Assembly: GCA_964417765.1 (NCBI GenBank)
Contig: CAYQIX010000002.1
Coordinates: 1-45,209 of the forward strand
Direction of reading: 5' to 3'
Length of the DNA stretch: 45,209 nucleotides
From: an uncultured Desulfurococcaceae archaeon
Lineage (GTDB): Archaea > Thermoproteota > Thermoprotei_A > Sulfolobales > NBVN01
Part shown: positions 8,366 through 17,360 of the stretch, in pieces
Position numbering within the stretch: position 1 is the stretch's first letter
Layout: the number at the start of each line of letters is the position of its first letter
The notes under the pieces: generated by a model
The model's input: the letters and a program-made list of their open reading frames with translations, nothing else
Database searches by the model: none
What the model was told of the DNA's origin: nothing
Made by a program: the position numbers and the translations under genes

Positions 8366-9001
8366 TTGGGGAATATAGATCTCATTGACTTAGTTTATAA
8401 GTTCAGGAAGGAGGAGAAAGAACAGCATCAGCGGGCTGAGGGAGTCTACTGGGTGACGGATCTGACTAGGTGTCCGCTTAAGAGGGTGTATGAGCTGAAG
8501 TACCCTGAGCTGGTTGCTAAGGATGTGTTCTCGCCTTCGTTCATAATGGGCGACCTCGCTCACAGAGGTATCGAGTCACTTATTAAGGAGTTCTTTCTTG
8601 ATGCGGCATCGATTGAGGTTGAGGGTTCTAGAGAAGTCGTGCTCCCGAATAGCCAGAAAGTCACAATTAAGGGTAGGGCAGACGCCATAATAGACCTTGG
8701 GGAGGGGGTCAAGGTAGGTGTGGAGGTTAAGACAGCTAGAGCTGACGTAGGGATACCTCAGCCTCACCACATAGATCAAGTAAGGATATATAACTGGCTC
8801 TTTAACCTCAAGTACAGCATACTATTCTATGTAACCCCTGACAGAGTGACGCAGTATGAGGTTAGCGATAAAGTGAGTGAGGAGGAGATTATTGAGAGGC
8901 TAACATCAACAACGTATCCGAGGTATTCCTGGGAGTGCTCTTACTGCCCATTCTCAGTACTGTGCCCACATAAGAAGACCGCAAATGAAAAGTATAGGTA
9001 A
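8366..9001 (+). CDS. Cas4-family (DUF83) PD-(D/E)XK nuclease with 4-Cys cluster; orphan, no CRISPR nearby
   Basis: N-terminal Cys context VTDLTRCPLKRVYEL, motif II GRADAII, motif III VEVKT, QxxxY (HIDQVRIY), and C-terminal CSYCPFSVLC (CX2CX5C). TTG start. Confidence 0.8.
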   Translation: MGNIDLIDLVYKFRKEEKEQHQRAEGVYWVTDLTRCPLKRVYELKYPELVAKDVFSPSFIMGDLAHRGIESLIKEFFLDAASIEVEGSREVVLPNSQKVTIKGRADAIIDLGEGVKVGVEVKTARADVGIPQPHHIDQVRIYNWLFNLKYSILFYVTPDRVTQYEVSDKVSEEEIIERLTSTTYPRYSWECSYCPFSVLCPHKKTANEKYR

Positions 9002-9023
9002 GAGCAGCCGCCTCTAGCTACAT

Positions 9024-9881
9024 CTAGCTCTGATATAGCAGTACTCTGTACGCTACTTTAGTTAGCCAGCGCCTGACCCCTCTGCTGAGCCCGTTCTTAA
9101 TTCCGAAGCCTTTTACACCAACGTACAGGTTTAGAGGTAATCCGGCTAAGCTCTTAGCTAACCTAACAGCACTAGGACCTTCAACCCCGTACTTCCTAGC
9201 TAGGTGGGCCATTAACCTAATGTCACCCATGGCTGGTAGCAGCCACGGGTTGTAGTGTGTTACGCCTGCTTTAACTATCTTAACCTTGAATCCCCTCTTC
9301 AAAACATGATTAAGTATGTACCAATCTTCAAATACGTGTAGGTCCTGCGGTATCTGCAGGTTCTTAAGCACGTACCTTCTAATCATGGTGTCGTGGGTGC
9401 CCCCACGCCTGTAGAACTCTCTAATTAGGTAATTTACGTAGTTAACACCTAGGAGTTTAAGCCACATGATCCTCTCCTTGTAGCCGTCGTAGTTCAGCCC
9501 CCAGATGAGCCCTACGTCACTTTCCTTGACGTAGGAACTAGCTTCCTCCCACCAGCCAGGATTCACGATCACATCATCATCAACAAACATTAGCCACTCT
9601 TCACTGAAGTTACTCACGAATTTACTTATGGATAACTGCCTCGCTATTGCTCTATTTCCTGCTCCCTTATAGATCAATACCTCCTTATTATTTGCTGAGC
9701 ACCAGTTAGCTATTACTTCAGGTGTCTCATCTATGGAATCGTCAACGAGAATTAGTGACTTAAAAGGTATCTGAAGGACCGAGTTGAGTACATCAACAAG
9801 CGTGATTGGGGTATGCTTCAGCTTGCTGCATGAATTCCTCGTTATTAATGAAAGCACCACCAATATTTCAACCCCCAGCAA
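9024..9881 (-). CDS. Glycosyltransferase family 2
   Basis: GT-A pattern: LILVDDSIDETPEVI and DxD-like FVDDDV. Overlaps the upstream GT2 gene by 14 nt. Confidence 0.65.
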   Translation of the reverse strand: MLGVEILVVLSLITRNSCSKLKHTPITLVDVLNSVLQIPFKSLILVDDSIDETPEVIANWCSANNKEVLIYKGAGNRAIARQLSISKFVSNFSEEWLMFVDDDVIVNPGWWEEASSYVKESDVGLIWGLNYDGYKERIMWLKLLGVNYVNYLIREFYRRGGTHDTMIRRYVLKNLQIPQDLHVFEDWYILNHVLKRGFKVKIVKAGVTHYNPWLLPAMGDIRLMAHLARKYGVEGPSAVRLAKSLAGLPLNLYVGVKGFGIKNGLSRGVRRWLTKVAYRVLLYQS

Positions 9882-10902
9882 TTCCTCGAACGTGCTTTGC
9901 CAGCCTATGCAGAAGTGAGCAATGGTTAACTACTAACCCTAAGTCAATTACATCCCCCTCAACGACACTAACACGCTTAGTTACTGCGCGCTGACGGATA
10001 ATGTATCTTAAATTCTTAAACAAGTCACACACAGCTAGTAATTTAGCCGACCCAGTCCCTACCCTGCCAACTACTAGGTCACGCAGGAATGTTGCAAAAA
10101 GAAACACCACAAGAGGAAGGAAGTACTTAATGAGATTAGTCAACTTGTAGTTCTTAAGCATGAAGGTCAGCCTACCTCTAACCATGTAGAAGTATCTTGA
10201 ATGTTCCTGCAAACACCTCCGTCTTAATTCCCTCCTAGCGTGGACTACCTTACTCTCAGGCGCCAGCACTACAGAGTAGCCAGCCTTCCAAACTCTGAAA
10301 GCAAGGTCAGCTTCTTCGTAACCAAAGAAGTAGTATGGGTCGAACATCCCTACTTTCATGAATACCTCCCTTTTAACAGCCATACCTCCGCCTGTTGCGT
10401 AGGGTATTCTGCAGAACTTCTCGCGACAGTTAACTCCATTAAGTTCTAGCACGCCGCCGTATACGTCGATAACGTAAATAACTGCAGGCCCCTCTCCCAT
10501 TACACCGTCGTGTACAGCGCTCTGGCACATACCAACCTTACTGTCAGCTAAGGCACAGAGAATAGGGTCCAGCCACCCTTCACGTACTTCAGCGTCGGAG
10601 TCAATGAAGTAGAGTACTTCACTTGACGCCATCGCTGCTCCTAAGTTCCTTCCTAAAGCTACACCGACATTATGCGGAAGCGTAATTACTTTGGTGTCCT
10701 TATTGTAGATAAGGGCAAACCTCAGAGCTATCTTTGTAATCTTGTCTGTCGATCCTTGATCAACTATGATTAGCTCTAAGTCGTCATTACTTGCTTCAAG
10801 AATCGATTCTATGCAGTTAAATAGATTGTCACCATCGTTGCACGTTACGATTATTACTGACGCCCTAGGCTTGCTAGTTCCTACTTTACTCAATGTAGTC
10901 AA
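9868..10902 (-). CDS. Glycosyltransferase family 2
   Basis: SVIIVTCNDGDNLFNCIESI, IIVDQGSTD, YFIDSDA (DxD) and GGGMAVKREVF. Confidence 0.8.
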   Translation of the reverse strand: MTTLSKVGTSKPRASVIIVTCNDGDNLFNCIESILEASNDDLELIIVDQGSTDKITKIALRFALIYNKDTKVITLPHNVGVALGRNLGAAMASSEVLYFIDSDAEVREGWLDPILCALADSKVGMCQSAVHDGVMGEGPAVIYVIDVYGGVLELNGVNCREKFCRIPYATGGGMAVKREVFMKVGMFDPYYFFGYEEADLAFRVWKAGYSVVLAPESKVVHARRELRRRCLQEHSRYFYMVRGRLTFMLKNYKLTNLIKYFLPLVVFLFATFLRDLVVGRVGTGSAKLLAVCDLFKNLRYIIRQRAVTKRVSVVEGDVIDLGLVVNHCSLLHRLAKHVRGIAGG

Positions 10903-11770
10903 TCCTCCCTAGCGCAATTTGAGCTAACTCACTTAAAGTAACGTATAGTACTCTGAACCTACTGGTTAGTTCCTTGAGGAAAGACCTTAACCTCAGTATA
11001 TTAACTTCGTTTAGGCCGTCCTCTAAGTACTCACTGCCGTAAGAGTCCGTGATGTGGCCGTAGGCTGTGACTACCCCATACCTTCTCGCAAGCTTAATTC
11101 CTTTCTCGATACTGTCGCTGCCGATATTCCAATTTGGCGGAATGTTAATTACTTCGTGTACTACCTCAGGAACTAAGTTTAAGCTCCTGCAAGACATAAA
11201 GTAGCCCAGCTTCTTAAGAGCTTCAAGAAGCTCATAACTCACTCCCCACCCAGGAGGCCTGAATACCTTACTGAACCTTAAGCCAGCTCGCTTAAATACT
11301 GCCTCACTAGACATCAACTTACTTACGCACTCACCGTAGCTTAAGTCACTAAATTCTGAGGAGTGGTTTACTCTCACATCAATTCCTGAGTAGTGGTGAG
11401 TGAAGCCATGTACACCAACCTCGAATACCCCTCTATCAACGTATTCATTTAGCCAGTTACACCACTCCACATGCTTATCTAACCTGAATGGACTGCCGCT
11501 CCAGGTATTTCTTATTGATAACTTAAGACACTTCTTAACTAGCCTTTTAAATCCAGCATCATTAGGTCTATCTATCCAGTTTGGTGTCACAAATAGCGTG
11601 ACCTTGAGGTTGGGGTAATCGCCAAGTAAGTCCACTACATACCCGAGCTTGCCGTTCTCCTTATCACCTCCGCAGTCACCCAAGTACTTGCTTGTCTCCG
11701 GATGAACATCATCAATGCTTAAATTGAATAAAACGTAGTCACTTCCTACTCTAACATCCTCACTAATCAT
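10886..11770 (-). CDS. Polysaccharide-deacetylase-like protein (DUF2334-like)
   Basis: LSIDDVHPE and HGFTHH blocks resemble the DUF2334/NodB-like deacetylase fold. 17-nt overlap with the downstream GT2 gene. Confidence 0.5.
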   Translation of the reverse strand: MISEDVRVGSDYVLFNLSIDDVHPETSKYLGDCGGDKENGKLGYVVDLLGDYPNLKVTLFVTPNWIDRPNDAGFKRLVKKCLKLSIRNTWSGSPFRLDKHVEWCNWLNEYVDRGVFEVGVHGFTHHYSGIDVRVNHSSEFSDLSYGECVSKLMSSEAVFKRAGLRFSKVFRPPGWGVSYELLEALKKLGYFMSCRSLNLVPEVVHEVINIPPNWNIGSDSIEKGIKLARRYGVVTAYGHITDSYGSEYLEDGLNEVNILRLRSFLKELTSRFRVLYVTLSELAQIALGRIDYIE

Positions 11771-11897
11771 AAATAGCCCTTACAAACAGTGGTATAGTTG
11801 AACATACATAAACTTTATGAACTTTAGATATCTCTAATTAGTAACTTTTCAGCTCCCTCGCCTGAGCTGCGCCTAGTCTTAATATCGATGCTGCCTG

Positions 11898-12200
11898 CTA
11901 CCTTCCCTCACTAACGTCCTCCATTAACTTCCTTAGCATCTTCCTCCTTTTCCTCAGCTCCTCAACGCTGTGCTTAATTATCTCTATGAGGTACCCCTCC
12001 TCCCCTGGAACCCCATATCCTACTATCTCACCATCTACTCTCAGCATTGGGTACTCATTATCTCCAGTAGCCTCGGTTACGTAGACCTCCTCACCAATCT
12101 CGCGCTCAATTATGTCTTTAATCTCGTAGAGCCACTGCTTAACTGTGTACACCCAGTATGAATCCCTCCTACCTACGATCTCTATCGTCACCATCCCCAA
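11898..12200 (-). CDS. Small thioredoxin-fold-like protein lacking redox cysteines
   Basis: The beta-alpha-beta pattern VTIEIVG...YPMLRVDGEIVGYGVPGEEG mirrors small archaeal Trx-like proteins (cis-Pro before beta3, DG..V..G.P). SYWV sits where CxxC is expected. Confidence 0.4.
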   Translation of the reverse strand: MGMVTIEIVGRRDSYWVYTVKQWLYEIKDIIEREIGEEVYVTEATGDNEYPMLRVDGEIVGYGVPGEEGYLIEIIKHSVEELRKRRKMLRKLMEDVSEGR

Positions 12201-12245
12201 ACTCCAATCCCGTCTCTACTTCATTGTTAATAAAGTGATTTATAG

Positions 12246-13148
12246 GTGAGCGCGAAAAGTGTCTCTTGTAAGGTGTTTAATGACTTGCTTGCTGCTGCAA
12301 AGTACCTCCTAGATGGCGCTAAGTACATCAAGATATACGTAATTGCCTTTGTAGTAGTAGCTGCTGTCGCAGTAACTGTAGCTGCCCTCTACCCTACACC
12401 TCCTATCCCCCCAGGTGCTGAAGGACTTCTGAGGAATGAAACCGTGAAGGTCAGTGCTGAGGAGGTAGCTGAGTGGATTATTGAGAGTACCTTAGTCCTA
12501 GAGGTTAGGCAGCTACTCCTCATATGTGTTCAAGCCTTAGCTACAGGAGTACCGATGTACCTCGTTATCAAGAACTTAGACATAGGTGCTAGGTACCTAG
12601 GTGAATTATCACTACGTAGGATAGGTACATTGATAATTGCATCTCTTATATGTACTGCATCAATAACTGCTGGAGCTGCTGCTACTATAGGTGCTAACCT
12701 AAGTCAGGCGGCAGGAGAAGTTACTGCAGCTGTTCGTGAGGTTACTGCATATGTGACTACCTTGGATGAGCTTAGCAGAGCTGTTAATGCAGGTGTGGAA
12801 GTACTGTACTCGCTTCCTTACGTCAGACTAGCGTATGTGGTGGCTGCAGCCTCAGCTCTTCTAATAGGGTGTGTCATGGCTGTTACCTACGTAAGAATTA
12901 GAGATGCCTTGCTGCCGAGGTACTGTAGGTTGATAGCAGCCCTATTCTTGGTAGAGGCAGTCTACAGCTTCTTCAGGAGTTTAAGTGCAGTAATTCCTGA
13001 GGTAGGTCTCATTCCTCTAGGAGCTGGAGACCCTATAGTAATGGTTGTTGCTGCGTTCAGACTCCTCACTCAGTGGGTTAACGCTAAGGACATAGAGTCT
13101 ATAGCTAGAGCGTTAGTTAAAAGAAGGAGTATGAAACGTGAAAGGTAA
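12246..13148 (+). CDS. Hypothetical integral membrane protein
   Basis: Several long hydrophobic segments. GTG start. No family recognised. Confidence 0.55.
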   Translation: MSAKSVSCKVFNDLLAAAKYLLDGAKYIKIYVIAFVVVAAVAVTVAALYPTPPIPPGAEGLLRNETVKVSAEEVAEWIIESTLVLEVRQLLLICVQALATGVPMYLVIKNLDIGARYLGELSLRRIGTLIIASLICTASITAGAAATIGANLSQAAGEVTAAVREVTAYVTTLDELSRAVNAGVEVLYSLPYVRLAYVVAAASALLIGCVMAVTYVRIRDALLPRYCRLIAALFLVEAVYSFFRSLSAVIPEVGLIPLGAGDPIVMVVAAFRLLTQWVNAKDIESIARALVKRRSMKRER

Positions 13149-13199
13149 TATTCTCAGCCAGCGTACTTCATTATAGTAGGTAGTGAGGAGGTGGTGTAG

Positions 13200-14021
13200 G
13201 TGCTCCCTCCGCATTTGAGAGTTGACTTCAAGTTAGCTGAGAAGGTCATTTCAGAGTTCATTAAGGAGGTAGTCGATTTAGCTGGTGCTGATGGAGTAGT
13301 TATTGGACTGAGCGGTGGCGGCGACTCAGCAGTTGCTGCAGCCTTAGCAGCTAAAGCACTTAGTGCTTCAAAGGTTAGGGTGGTCTTCATGCCTGACGTG
13401 GAGTCTGACAAGCTGTCCGAATTAATAGCGCATAAGGTAGCTGACAGGCTGGGTTTATCCCTCAAGACCTTAGAAATCACTGACATAGTCAACTGTTATC
13501 TAGATAAGGTAGGCCTAGACTACATTAGCGCTCCTAAAATAGCTAAGGGCAATGTAAAGGTTAGAACAAGGATGACGCTGCTCTACCTTATAGCTAACCT
13601 GGAAAATAGACTCGTCCTCGGGACAAGCGACAGGTCCGAGTGGCTTATAGGGTACTTCACTAAGTGGGGTGACGGAGCAGCTGACGCATACCCAATAATT
13701 GGCTTATATAAAACTCAAGTCAGGGAATTCGCTAAGTACTTAGGACTTCCATCAGAGGTAATTAGCAGGCCTCCAACACCTGACCTGTGGCCAGGGCACA
13801 CAGCAGAAAGCGAGCTGGGAATAACCTACGACTTAATTGATGAGGTACTCTACAGAGTATTTGATGAGGGCATTTCACCAGAAAAAGTTCCTGAGGTCTC
13901 AGGAGTTCCTAAGCAAGTAGTCGAGAAGGTCCTGGAACTCCATAGGAAGTCCGAACACAAGAGGAACCCTCTTAAAGCACCATTTACTTCATTTAAGGAC
14001 CTAGAGAAGTTCGGGAAGTAA
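13200..14021 (+). CDS. nadE: NH3-dependent NAD+ synthetase
   Basis: PP-loop GLSGGGDSAV, plus GTSDRSEWLIGYFTKWGDGAAD and PTPDLWPGHTAESELG blocks. GTG start. Confidence 0.9.
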   Translation: MLPPHLRVDFKLAEKVISEFIKEVVDLAGADGVVIGLSGGGDSAVAAALAAKALSASKVRVVFMPDVESDKLSELIAHKVADRLGLSLKTLEITDIVNCYLDKVGLDYISAPKIAKGNVKVRTRMTLLYLIANLENRLVLGTSDRSEWLIGYFTKWGDGAADAYPIIGLYKTQVREFAKYLGLPSEVISRPPTPDLWPGHTAESELGITYDLIDEVLYRVFDEGISPEKVPEVSGVPKQVVEKVLELHRKSEHKRNPLKAPFTSFKDLEKFGK

Positions 14022-14025
14022 CCCA

Positions 14026-14670
14026 CTATACAGCATATTCTGAAGAGGCAGCCCACACCTCATAAAGCCTCCTCAGCTCAGCAACAGGATCTTTAGATAA
14101 GTCAACCCTCAGGTCAAGTAGTACGTCGTAGTCTAGCCCGAACTCAGGGTGTTCACCCACAATAAGTAACGCTGCACTCCTATCTCCTCTCCTATCACCA
14201 CCTACTCTATGACCTGCCTCAAGAGCTGAGATTATCCTGACAGCTAAACTGCCTGAAGCTTCTCCGAAGGCTTTGCAGAGAGCGTAAACTACTCCAGTAG
14301 TACTAAGTAAGTTGCCCGCACACGCGTACCCTTCCTTTGATATCGCTTCGTATGGCTCGGGTATTTCGCTACCGCTATAAGCTACTGCCTTACCTCTTGA
14401 GTCGACTGCTATTAGCTGCCTAAGGTGAGGTGCTGGATCTTCACTTAATGCCAGCTTAACTGCTTCACCGATATCCATCCCCTTACTCACGTACTCTATT
14501 ACTTTCTTACCTAGGACGGGGTTTGTGTATGCTTGAGTAGCTACTGCAGCTACCCCAGCCCTAGCCCATGGAACCCTAGAGCCTACTGCCAGGCTGCCGC
14601 TCACAACACCCACACCGAATAACTTCCTAGAGCTATCATAAGCCACTATAGAGTAGGTCACCGCTAACAC
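14026..14670 (-). CDS. DUF1028-family (Ntn-hydrolase-like) protein
   Basis: TYSIVAYD...FGVGVVSGSLAVGSRVPWARAGVAAVATQAYTNP is the characteristic N-terminal block. Confidence 0.7.
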   Translation of the reverse strand: MLAVTYSIVAYDSSRKLFGVGVVSGSLAVGSRVPWARAGVAAVATQAYTNPVLGKKVIEYVSKGMDIGEAVKLALSEDPAPHLRQLIAVDSRGKAVAYSGSEIPEPYEAISKEGYACAGNLLSTTGVVYALCKAFGEASGSLAVRIISALEAGHRVGGDRRGDRSAALLIVGEHPEFGLDYDVLLDLRVDLSKDPVAELRRLYEVWAASSEYAV

Positions 14671-14727
14671 CTAAAATACTTAGATACTAGCAGGAAAAAT
14701 AGCATTCATATTGCCGAAGGCGGAGCG

Positions 14728-15423
14728 CTATTCTATGGCTTCTGGCTTAATTAGCTCCCTACCGAGTAGGTAGGAACACGAGGTTATGCCGAGCACGTAT
14801 AGAACCGCACCTACATAAAGTAGGGTGTTAATGATTAGCGGAACTACGTAAGCTATTATTTCTGATGACGCAGGCACTATGCTTGAACTTAGGGCGGTTA
14901 CCTTAACTATCACTAGCGCTGAAGCAGCAATAATTAAGGTGCCTGACGCTAAAGTTAGAAGTGAGCCGTAGTCCTTTATCCAGTAGGTAGCTTCAACTTC
15001 CTTAATCAGTAGGTAAGTAAGTGTGTAAGTGCCAATCACACCTATCGCTAGCAGCGCTAACCCAGCTGGCACGGCAGTAACGTGGACTAAGCTAAGGCAT
15101 ACTGAATCATAATTTGGGCACCCTAGTGACGTAATGAAGTTTCTACCTAGGTACGCTAGCTCAGTCACTAAATTAGCACCGAATGCAAGCACCACAGACA
15201 TCAGTATAGCACCTAAGGCCAGCATATCCCGGCCGTTCCTTAGCCTTACCGCTATACCGAAGAGCGACATAAGCAACACATAAGTACCCAGCACCACGCA
15301 GCCTGTAATCCACGAACCTGTGCTTACTTCTAGCGCTGTTAACTTGTAAATGAATAACATGAATGACGACGTGAATACAGCATTAATAGCAATTACCAGG
15401 TATCCTAGCCTTCTGTTTGACAT
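14728..15423 (-). CDS. Hypothetical integral membrane protein
   Basis: About 6-7 hydrophobic helices. No family recognised. Confidence 0.55.
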   Translation of the reverse strand: MSNRRLGYLVIAINAVFTSSFMLFIYKLTALEVSTGSWITGCVVLGTYVLLMSLFGIAVRLRNGRDMLALGAILMSVVLAFGANLVTELAYLGRNFITSLGCPNYDSVCLSLVHVTAVPAGLALLAIGVIGTYTLTYLLIKEVEATYWIKDYGSLLTLASGTLIIAASALVIVKVTALSSSIVPASSEIIAYVVPLIINTLLYVGAVLYVLGITSCSYLLGRELIKPEAIE

Positions 15424-15541
15424 TACTGCCTAGCCCTACTAATCTCTGAATTAAACCTATAAAACAACACCTAATTAGAAGTATTAATCAAAAAGAAGTA
15501 TTTTAAGTATGTAGGGATTACCTCGTTAATACCTCTACCTC

Positions 15542-16186
15542 TCAGCTCCTCGACCTAGCGTACCATATGGTTGGGTTCCTTGACTGCAGGTATATCTTGC
15601 CAGCTCCACGTAGCGTGAAGACAAAGCCCTCACCGCCAAAGAGGAGTGTCTTTAAGCTCCCGAACTTCCTTATGTCGTACTCCAGTGTGTCCTCCATAGC
15701 TACTAAGTGCACGTTATCTATTGTTAGCTTCTCGCCGGGCTTCACCTCACGCTCTACTATGCTACCGTAAGCATTAACCCACACACCCCCGACACCTGTG
15801 AAATGGAGCCACATTAAGCCACCTCCACCAAAGACTCCTCTAAGCCCTCTCCACACTACCCTGTGCTGCACGTCGCCGTGGCTTGCTAGGTAGCACTTAT
15901 CATTTACTATGACGCCCTTACTCCCATCAAGCTTTATGTACATGATGTCGCCTGGGATAGGTGGTGCTAGCCATAGTGATGTGGACGAGTCCTTAGCTCT
16001 GTAGACATTGACGAACAATGACTCGCCAGTAGTGAGGGCCCTAAGAAGTCCCCTGCTCTTAGTGCGTACCTCAACATCACCTTCGATCATCATTAAAGCT
16101 CCAGCTTCAGCTTCAATCGTCTCGCCTGGATCTAGCTTCACCTTAAGTATCGAATATGCTGGCCTATACAGTATCTCGTACTCCAA
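15542..16186 (-). CDS. AIM24/DUF124-family protein
   Basis: MEYEILYRPAYSILKVKLDPGETIEAEAGALMMIEGDVEV and GEGFVFTLRGAGKIYLQS are typical of this family. Confidence 0.7.
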   Translation of the reverse strand: MEYEILYRPAYSILKVKLDPGETIEAEAGALMMIEGDVEVRTKSRGLLRALTTGESLFVNVYRAKDSSTSLWLAPPIPGDIMYIKLDGSKGVIVNDKCYLASHGDVQHRVVWRGLRGVFGGGGLMWLHFTGVGGVWVNAYGSIVEREVKPGEKLTIDNVHLVAMEDTLEYDIRKFGSLKTLLFGGEGFVFTLRGAGKIYLQSRNPTIWYARSRS

Positions 16187-16343
16187 AAGCAGCCACCGTA
16201 AATTGAAGATATTGCATACAGTTATAAAGTTTTACTTAACTAATCAACAGCTTCATCAATGATAATCCGTTACTACTATCGAAGTAATTCCTCGCCCTAT
16301 CAGGTAATGGGTAGAAACATAAAAAGGTGCGTGAAGGAAGTTC

Positions 16344-17360
16344 TTGGGTCTCACCATGGTTAAGGTTGTAGCCTCAGCACCAGGTAAGGTGACGCTGTTC
16401 GGCGAGCACGCAGTTGTGTACGGGTACCCGGCTGTTGTGGCTGCTATAGGTAGGAGAGTGTACGTTACAGCTGAAGCAAGAGAAGATGATGCAGTCAGGA
16501 TTGTTGCTTCAGACCTTAAAGTCCCTGGTGTCACAGTAACTTACACACCTGAGGAGATAATTATTGAGACAGACTACGGTGTCGCTCTATCAGCTATCTC
16601 ATACCTTAATAAGGCAGTTGAGCTCACCTCAGAGTACTTAGGGATTAAGAAAGGAGTTAACCTTGAAGTAAAGTCTGAGATGCCTGTAGGTGCTGGGCTA
16701 GGTACTTCAGCAGCTGTCTCAGTAGCTACTATAGCTGCGTACGCGTGGGCAACAGGTAAGGAGCTGAGTAAGGATGAGATAGCTAAGCTAGGGTGGGAAG
16801 TCGAGAAAGCTGTGCAGGGAATCGCCTCACCCATGGATACTGCGATAGCTACTTATGGAGGCTTCATGAAGATAAGGATTTCAGGTGATAGCGACTTCAG
16901 CAAGGAACAGCTGAGAGTTGAGAGTGACCTCCCTATAGTGATTGGGTACGTTGAGCGGGAGGCTAGCACTAAGGTACTTGTTGAGAAGGTGAGGAGGCTC
17001 CTCAACAAACACCCAGACTTAATTAAGGAAATCATGCGAACAATAGGTAGGGTAACTGAGGAAGCCATCAATGCCCTAGAGAAGGGCGACTTAATAACTC
17101 TCGGAGAGTTAATGAACGTCAATCACGGGTTGCTAGATGCTCTAGGAGTCTCAAATAGGAGGCTGAGTGAGCTAGTCTACATAGCCAGAGCTGCTGGAGC
17201 GCTCGGAGCTAAGCTCACCGGAGCTGGTGGCGGCGGCTGCGTAATAGCTCTTGCGCCAGGTAAGCAGGACGCTGTTGAGGTAGCTATGAAGATGTTTGGC
17301 TCATCAACACTTAAGACAGAGCTAGGCAGCGTCGGAGTTACCGTGAGGAAAATAGCTTAG
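16344..17360 (+). CDS. mvk: Mevalonate kinase (GHMP kinase)
   Basis: APGKVTLFGEHAVVYG, PVGAGLGTSAAVSVA and KLTGAGGGGCVIAL. The likely true start is the ATG at 16356, with the TATA-like element ACATAAAAAGG about 30 nt upstream. Confidence 0.9.
   Translation: MGLTMVKVVASAPGKVTLFGEHAVVYGYPAVVAAIGRRVYVTAEAREDDAVRIVASDLKVPGVTVTYTPEEIIIETDYGVALSAISYLNKAVELTSEYLGIKKGVNLEVKSEMPVGAGLGTSAAVSVATIAAYAWATGKELSKDEIAKLGWEVEKAVQGIASPMDTAIATYGGFMKIRISGDSDFSKEQLRVESDLPIVIGYVEREASTKVLVEKVRRLLNKHPDLIKEIMRTIGRVTEEAINALEKGDLITLGELMNVNHGLLDALGVSNRRLSELVYIARAAGALGAKLTGAGGGGCVIALAPGKQDAVEVAMKMFGSSTLKTELGSVGVTVRKIA

Noticed and set aside
5500-12200. Interpreting the AT-rich stretch as an integrated mobile element or provirus
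   Set aside because: I found no integrase, transposase, tRNA target or flanking direct repeats by eye. The composition shift alone is insufficient, so it is reported only as an 'island-like' region.
13154-13492. 112-aa minus-strand ORF over the 5' part of nadE
   Set aside because: The sense frame carries the PP-loop SGGGDS and full NadE similarity. The antisense frame is Ser/Thr/Ala-rich with no motif.
17357-17360. Convergent genes sharing 4-nt stop overlaps (mvk/HD hydrolase TTAG at 17357..17360; SWIM/128-aa CTAG at 34666..34669)
   Set aside because: The overlaps are real, but they are a common consequence of genome compaction in archaea. Nothing indicates a regulatory function.
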